The position numbers were made by a program, and so were the translations under genes. From Octopus sinensis (Eukaryota): a DNA stretch of 64,000 nt. Location: the NCBI RefSeq assembly GCF_006345805.1, contig NC_042998.1:195362001-195426000 (forward strand), given 5' to 3'. Below are positions 57,476 through 64,000 of this stretch, piece after piece; positions within the stretch are counted from its first letter, which is position 1, and each line of letters begins with the position of its first letter. The notes beneath the pieces are model-generated. The model worked only from the letters and a program-made list of their open reading frames with translations, made no database searches and was not told where the DNA came from.

Positions 57476-57767
57476 CAATATGTTACATTACTCGGTAGTC
57501 AAAATAAAACTCTGAGTTTTCAGATGCCGAAGTGGAAATCCACAACACCATCTTTTCGGTTATCTGGCTATTTTCTGGTTATCTGATTATCTGGAAAATA
57601 GCCAGATAACCGAAGAGATGGTTTTGTGGATTTCCACTTCGGCATCTGAAACTCAGAGTTTTATTTTGACTACCGAGTAATGTAACATATTGTATAGATA
57701 AATTTCCTCTATTTACATAATATTGAGGTCTCTTTCTTTCTTTTGTTATCTTACCGTTTTATCAATT
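57472..57767 (+). repeat. ~104-bp-arm palindrome plus 3' tail in (TA)n, containing a hammerhead-like motif (57606-57664)
   Basis: 57472-57575 pairs with 57594-57696. Motif ataa CCGAAG agatg...catct GAAA ctc-a-gag TT ttat. Confidence 0.8.
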
Positions 57768-57791
57768 ATATATATATATATATATATATAT

Positions 57792-57999
57792 AGTTAATCC
57801 AAACAAGAAAACACAAAAAAAAAAACACAGCAACGCGAAGACGTGGAACAAATAAAGTATTATTGGACGCTCAGGAAAGAAGGGAAGAAGAAGGGTTTAA
57901 CGTTTCGAGCGGAGCTCTTCGTCGGAAACAAAGGAGAAGGAAAGATCCCGAGAAGGGAAGACAGAGGGAAAAAATTGCTGGCGGTGCTCACGAGGTCAC

Positions 58000-58003
<4 letters not shown>
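57792..58003 (-). mobile_element. ~210-bp (TA)n-inserted element with a hammerhead-like motif (57895-57929)
   Basis: Minus strand reads gttt CCGACGA a gagc-tcc-gctc GAAA cgt TA aac. Confidence 0.65.
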
Positions 58004-58039
<36 letters not shown>

Positions 58040-59053
58040 ATATATATATATAATTATTTGAGGGAATATTATTCCTAACTTACAGGGAAAAATTCAATTT
58101 AGAAATACTAAATCAAATTTCACAAAATATAATATATATATATATATATAAATTAGAAAAAAAAACACCTTTTATCAATTAAAAATGAGCAATTAAATTA
58201 CACCATCTAGAAAATTGCATATAATAAAAATATTAAAAATAAAACAACAATAATATACCAATGATTAAGTAAATTGCAAAATAATAATAAAAACGTATAT
58301 ATTAAAAGAAAGTCATTGCTGATAGTCAGGGATGTAGTCTCAATCGAAAGTTTAGTAAAGAAATATTCTTTTAATGAGAGGACTATAAGTAGAAAAATTA
58401 TAGAAAAAATTATAGAACTATAGCAAAAGACACAATGTAAAAGATATTTAAGAACATCTTAATCTGAAGTAACCATAAAGAATATGGGACTAGAGTAAAA
58501 GAGGTAAAGAAAAGGTTTAATATAAAAAAATAGTTGAGAAATCTTAATCAGAAGTAAACGCAACTAATGGTCTGATATGTAAAGCTTGATCACAGCTTAC
58601 GGTAATCGTAGTTAATATGTGTTGTAAAGAAAAGGTTTCCTAACGAGATGCGGGCACATTACAATAACCCCTTTCTAGTTCATAGTAGCGAGCACCTCAC
58701 TACAGTAGAGTGCATAGTACCTCACACCGCTAGTATGAGGCGCTGCGTGTTTGACAGTCGGTCAGGAGATTGAGTAATCTTTGCTTTGTGGTTTAGACTC
58801 CCATATAATCTTGGATAATGAAGTGAAATTAGCCTTGCTTTCATTCGGAAAATTATATACAGTACGTGGTTACTTCTCCTTTCCTCATTTAAATTATTAC
58901 TTTTATTATTCACTCTGCGGGTCTTATACTAAACCTGCTAGATCTTGCCATAGAGTTGTGTAGTACTCCCTTTATTTTCAATCAGTCTTACGAATCTCCT
59001 TTGATTTTTGGAATATTACGCTACCCACAATTATAATTACCCTCCCTCTCTCT

Positions 59054-59111
<58 letters not shown>

Positions 59112-59164
59112 TATATGTATGTATGTATATATATATATACACATACATCTATGTACATACACAC

Positions 59165-59200
<36 letters not shown>

Positions 59201-59204
<4 letters not shown>

Positions 59205-59398
59205 GCCATGATAGATCGGTAGCCACTACACACATTTTTTCTCTCCTTGTTTTTTCTGTGTCCCTTTCTGTAGAAGAGCGTAGGCTCGAAACGTAAAATA
59301 CTTTTTCTATTCTTGAGCGTTATACTAATACATCTATTTGTTTTGTACACCACCTGTCTTCGTCTTTTGTTGTTGTTTTTTTCGTGAACTCTCCCCTA
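59201..59398 (+). mobile_element. Same ~195-bp element, copy 3 (motif at 59264-59299)
   Basis: Aligns end to end and is flanked by (TA)n. Confidence 0.75.
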
Positions 59399-59681
59399 TA
59401 TATATATACATACATATTTACAGGAAGTTAATTATATGGTCGATCATAGAGTGACCAATGGTTTTGCATCTATAAAGCGTTTGACCATATAATTAACTTC
59501 CTATAAGTATCAGGTATTTAAGAATGAAATGTCCGATTTTCTTATGCACCAAGTTTGACAGTTGTTAACTCTAATGTTTTATCCTGACAATTCTTTGTTT
59601 TACAACATTGAAGAGTTACATGATCACTTTTCGAAATGCAATTCCTGGTGTTTGATTATGTTGTGAGTTTTCTCTTGTAAA

Positions 59682-60450
59682 TCAATTTTTGTGAGCCCAT
59701 GGAGAGATAAAATAATTCGTGTTATTTATGAAAATGAGTTCCGTCGTGGAACCAGTGCAACCCAGACAGCTCGAAACATCAATGAGGTGTTTGGTGAAGA
59801 TGTGGAGAATGAGCGCACTGTACGTCGATGGTCTGAGAAGTTCCGGTCTGGTGACTTTACTCTTGAAAATCAGCCCCATAGTTGACCTAAGACTAAGGTG
59901 GATAATGATGATCTGGAAACCGAAGTGGAAGTGGATACATCTCAAACGACGCTTGAGTTCGCCGCAAGGTTTGATGTTTCGATTCCAACTGTATTGGACC
60001 ATCTGAAACAAATCAGCAAGGTAAAGAAGCTGGACAAATGAGGACCACACAAACTGAATGAGCATCAAATGACACGTCGGCTTGAAACTTTCTGTTCTTT
60101 GCTGTCACGGAATAAAAGCGAACCATTTTTGCATCGTATTGTTATGTGTGATGAAAAATGGATTCTTTTCATAAATAGCAAGAATTCTGCATGGTGGTTG
60201 GATAGAGACGAAGTGCCAAGACACAATCCAAAAAAGAATATTCACCAAAATAGCTAATGGTATCCGTTTGGTTGTCCAGGGCTGGTGTCATCCACTAGAC
60301 CTGTTAAGTCAATTACAGCGGATGTATACATTAACCATTTGGATGAAATGATGAGTGAACTTACAATTTAGCAACCGAGATTGGTGGTGAATAGGGACAG
60401 GTCAATTCTCTTGCAAGACAATACTCGACCACATGTTCAGCAAAGAATGC
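59682..60450 (+). mobile_element. mariner transposase relic
   Basis: EFRRGTSATQTARNINEVFGEDV.NERTVRRW..KFRSGD HTH, FLHRIVMCDEKWI, and LLQDNTRPH. Stops are present. Confidence 0.88.
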
Positions 60451-60869
60451 TACTCAATGTCCACAATCACTTACTTCATCACTTTTAATTTCTGTCTCTC
60501 TTTGTTTCTCACTCTTTAGTGACAACCTCTATGGGTCTCGAAACTCGTTAGATTTACTGGTTAAAACCATCACAAAAATTACTCCGAACTATATTCTTCC
60601 CCACGCTCTTCTTTGTGCAATGTCTTCAACACTACATCATAAGCAAAGCTCTATGTGCTGGCTCTTTTAGGAAACATCCATTCCTGTGAAATCTTACTTT
60701 GCTTCACGCCTCTTTAACATTCCAAACTCAGTTCTAACCCACTTTCAGTCCAAAAAACTCATTCCAGATACACACTGAATTCATAAACAACAACCTGAAG
60801 AGCGAGAATGTTCCACCAATAATCTTATGTATGTATGTATGTATGTATGTATGTATGTATGTATGTATG

Positions 60870-60903
<34 letters not shown>

Positions 60904-61419
60904 TGTATGTATGTATGTATGTATGTATGTATGTATGTATAATCCTATTTATTATTTTTCTTATCAGATCAACGACAGCGATAAAATGGTTTTACACACC
61001 ATTTCTTTGTTCAATTATGGAATTTACTCAGACGTATTTATCCGGATATTTCGGTCTCGACGTATGGTTCTTTTCATTATATTTTACACACTTCTCTTGG
61101 ATAATTTCCTCCTCACAGCATTAGGTAAGTTACAATTCATTGACTTTACATATAACACCAAATCATTTTGTTGAATATTCATCAATGTTGACGTTGTTAT
61201 TATTTTCCTAACCGATTTATTGTGAGAAGTATTCTATGACCATCTCAACTTATTTTAAGATACTAGGTTAAACTTTAGGAATATTTCTGGTAGCTCTTTT
61301 TTCCTGTGTAACTACTGACTTTGTTATTCATTTAACACCCTCTACAAATACACAATAAAAAAAAACTTCCAAGCTGAAAATTATCCAGGTATGTTTGTAT
61401 TTAAGGATTAATTATTTCA

Positions 61420-61990
61420 ACTGCTGTGTGAAATTAACAGCGGACCTTCAAGCAATCCAGGGAAGATTCACAAAGAAGATCGTCTCTTTGCAACAGTTCA
61501 GCTACTTGGAAAGGTTGAAACAGTTAAGACTCTACTCCCTGGAGAGAAGACGGGAGAGGTATGCAGTAATATTTACCTGGAAGATCCTGGAAGGAATTGT
61601 GCCAAATTTTGGCATTGAAAGCTAAACCAATGCCAGAACGGGACGATGCTGCATAATGCCAAAAGTCCCAGCAATGCCATCACGCTTCAGGACCAGCTTC
61701 TGCAACAGCCTGGGTTTCAAGGGTTCACAGCTTTTTAATATTCTCCCAAAGAGTCTGAGGAACTTGCACAAAGTAGATGTAGGGGATTTTAAATCAAAGC
61801 TGGACCGCTTTCTGTCGAGAGTCCCAGATGAACCTACCTCACGGCAAGAGGTGTAAATGAGAGTAGCTATGTCAAACTCCATTCTTCACCAAGTGCCACA
61901 TATTAGAGGAGGTTCTTCGTAATAACAGTGTAGCAAAACGGCGGTGCATCAGCATGGCCACAGCTCTGAGCTGAAACTAGAGAAAAAAAA
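61420..61990 (+). mobile_element. 3' fragment of a CR1/Jockey-group LINE
   Basis: IQGRFTKKI...SYLERLKQLRLYSLERRRER and QLFNILPKSLRNL...FKSKLDRFLSRVPDEP, with an A-rich end. Confidence 0.8.
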
Positions 61991-63030
61991 CTGCTATTGA
62001 ACTAAAGAATAAATTGTCGACACTGAGTATGCACACAATAAATGTAAACAAATCCCTATACAATCTCTCTGTGGGCAGACAATAAAGGTTCAACTGGTTT
62101 CGATCCTACTTGGGACACTCAACAGTTTACTGTTCACAGGGATAATGTACACACACACACACACGCGCGCGCGCACGTGTGTGTGCATGTATGCATGCAT
62201 GCGTGCATGCGTGTCTCTTCTAGATTTAAACATTTAAATTCTTCCTCTGAAGAAGGAGCTTGTTTCTAACAAAGATACAAAGTTCCTTTCTTTGGAATGT
62301 AGATAGCGAAAACAACGTCACATTTTAAACCCGAGAAAAGCCTTGCATAGTTTTACTGTTTCTCTTACAGATCGTATTTGTAATATGCGAATCGGTTGGT
62401 TGATTACTTTTTCTGAAAATGTATGTATGTACGTGTATGTATGTATGTGTAAATTGACACTTTATACATGTGTTTCAGTAAGCATATAACAGATGGGTGT
62501 ACACTGACCTCTAATTTGGGTTCAAACAGAGCTTGAATAGGAGTCTATTTGCAGTTTCCCGATGTCTTCAATTACGCATGTAGTGTTGATTAAACTTGTA
62601 TAATTACTCTATATATTTTACTCAAGAATGCAATCACAGTCTCAAAGACACTCTCAATTGTCCATCCATAATTAATTCAACTACCTGGCAGCATTACACT
62701 GCTTTTGCAAATCGGGTTTTCCGGTTTAATGAAATCACTACATTCAGTGACTAAACACACACACACACACCGAGTGTCTCTATGGATAGATACGCGATCG
62801 CAGTTCCTAATGAATATCTCAAATAGGGTCGAAACTGCTTCTTTTTCTGTTCACAGAGAAATTTTATTGGTGTTTGTTTACATTTCCTAGTGTTCTCAAC
62901 ACAATATCAGCTAAAATTTGTTTTACCACAATAGTTTTCCTCTGTAATATAGGAAACACTGAAAGGCTGAAGATACGCTGGAGCTGTGTCGGGTGATGTG
63001 TTGCTGGGTGACTCAGAAGAATAGAGAATG

Positions 63031-63079
<49 letters not shown>

Positions 63080-64000
63080 GTGTAACTGATTTGTAGTGTA
63101 ATGTGGGTTTGAACTGAATTTTGTAAAGACTGAAGTATTTCTAGCTTCGAAGATAAAGTCTGACATTTGGGGTGGAAATTGTGCAACATTACTGATATTT
63201 GGTCACAATTAAAGATCATCTGATGTTGTGAGGTTTAACATTTTAGTGCGTTTCAGGATCTTAGTTGTGTGTTGGTTCGGAACATGAAGAGTATAGTTCA
63301 GTATGGCTGTTTCATGTTGATGATAGAGATGAGGTTGTTATGCTTTTCTTATGTTTCTTGGAAAGATGAGGCTGACAGTGCATGCAGCAGATATTTTCAA
63401 TTAATTTCCTGTTTCTAAAAATTTTTAAACTAATTTAATTTAATTTACCAAAATTGGTGCGGCGTTAGAAATTTACTATTGAAACTCTAGAATCGACTAA
63501 CAAAAGAAGAAAACTAAATCCTTTTTTATCTATCTCATCGTCCAATTTCGATCTGAGTTCAATTTTCAATAGTAGCTTAATTTTAAATCCGATTTAATAC
63601 ATTTGCACACACTTTTAAAATCTCCACCACTTTATTTTTTACCCTTTCTTTTTTTCCTTTTCTTTTTCGTGTTTTTTTTTCTTTTGCAAATATTTTATAT
63701 TTTAAGATTTCAAACAGCAAATTATTGATGTGATAAAAAGATCATTTCATATCAGTTCTGATCTGCCATATTTTATATTCTTCCCACTTTTGACTTTTCC
63801 CGTTTCAGTACCGATTATCCCAGATTATTTGATAGAGAAAGACAAAGAACAGCTGAAACAAACCTTAAGAGGATATCATCTAAAAGTCTTTGATAATCGT
63901 ACAAGTTTACAAATCGTAGTAAACCGGACTCAATATATAAACTTCACTGGCAACTTTAGTAACAGTCCGGATGTGGGTGGAAGATTCAGTATTGTACAAG

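Noticed and set aside
35631-61174. Many YIYI/CVCV/MYVC/HTHT ORFs
   Set aside because: Microsatellite translations.

Overview
AT-rich, repeat-dense animal genomic DNA, most likely a coleoid cephalopod such as Octopus (inferred from KRAB-less [12 protein letters not shown]2H2 arrays, the SINE types and the microsatellite load; not verified). Bases 1-33053 are a tandem array of three near-identical units, each with a C2H2 zinc-finger gene. Units 1 and 2 carry a Tx1/L1-clade retrotransposon and a TTAA MITE, while unit 3 shows both empty sites. After a 100-N gap the sequence is microsatellites, SINEs and transposon relics (Penelope-like, CR1-like, R4/Dong-like, mariner/Tc1, hAT, Helitron). The most striking signal is a set of short elements in (TA)n tracts that resemble Penelope-like pseudo-LTRs. 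Many contain hammerhead-ribozyme folds (one canonical, several core variants), and several have an inverted-arm plus 3'-tail structure. One of them brackets an intronless RPL38 copy that starts at a TOP-like pyrimidine tract, suggesting capture of a host mRNA by this retroelement system. All folds and alignments were done by eye.
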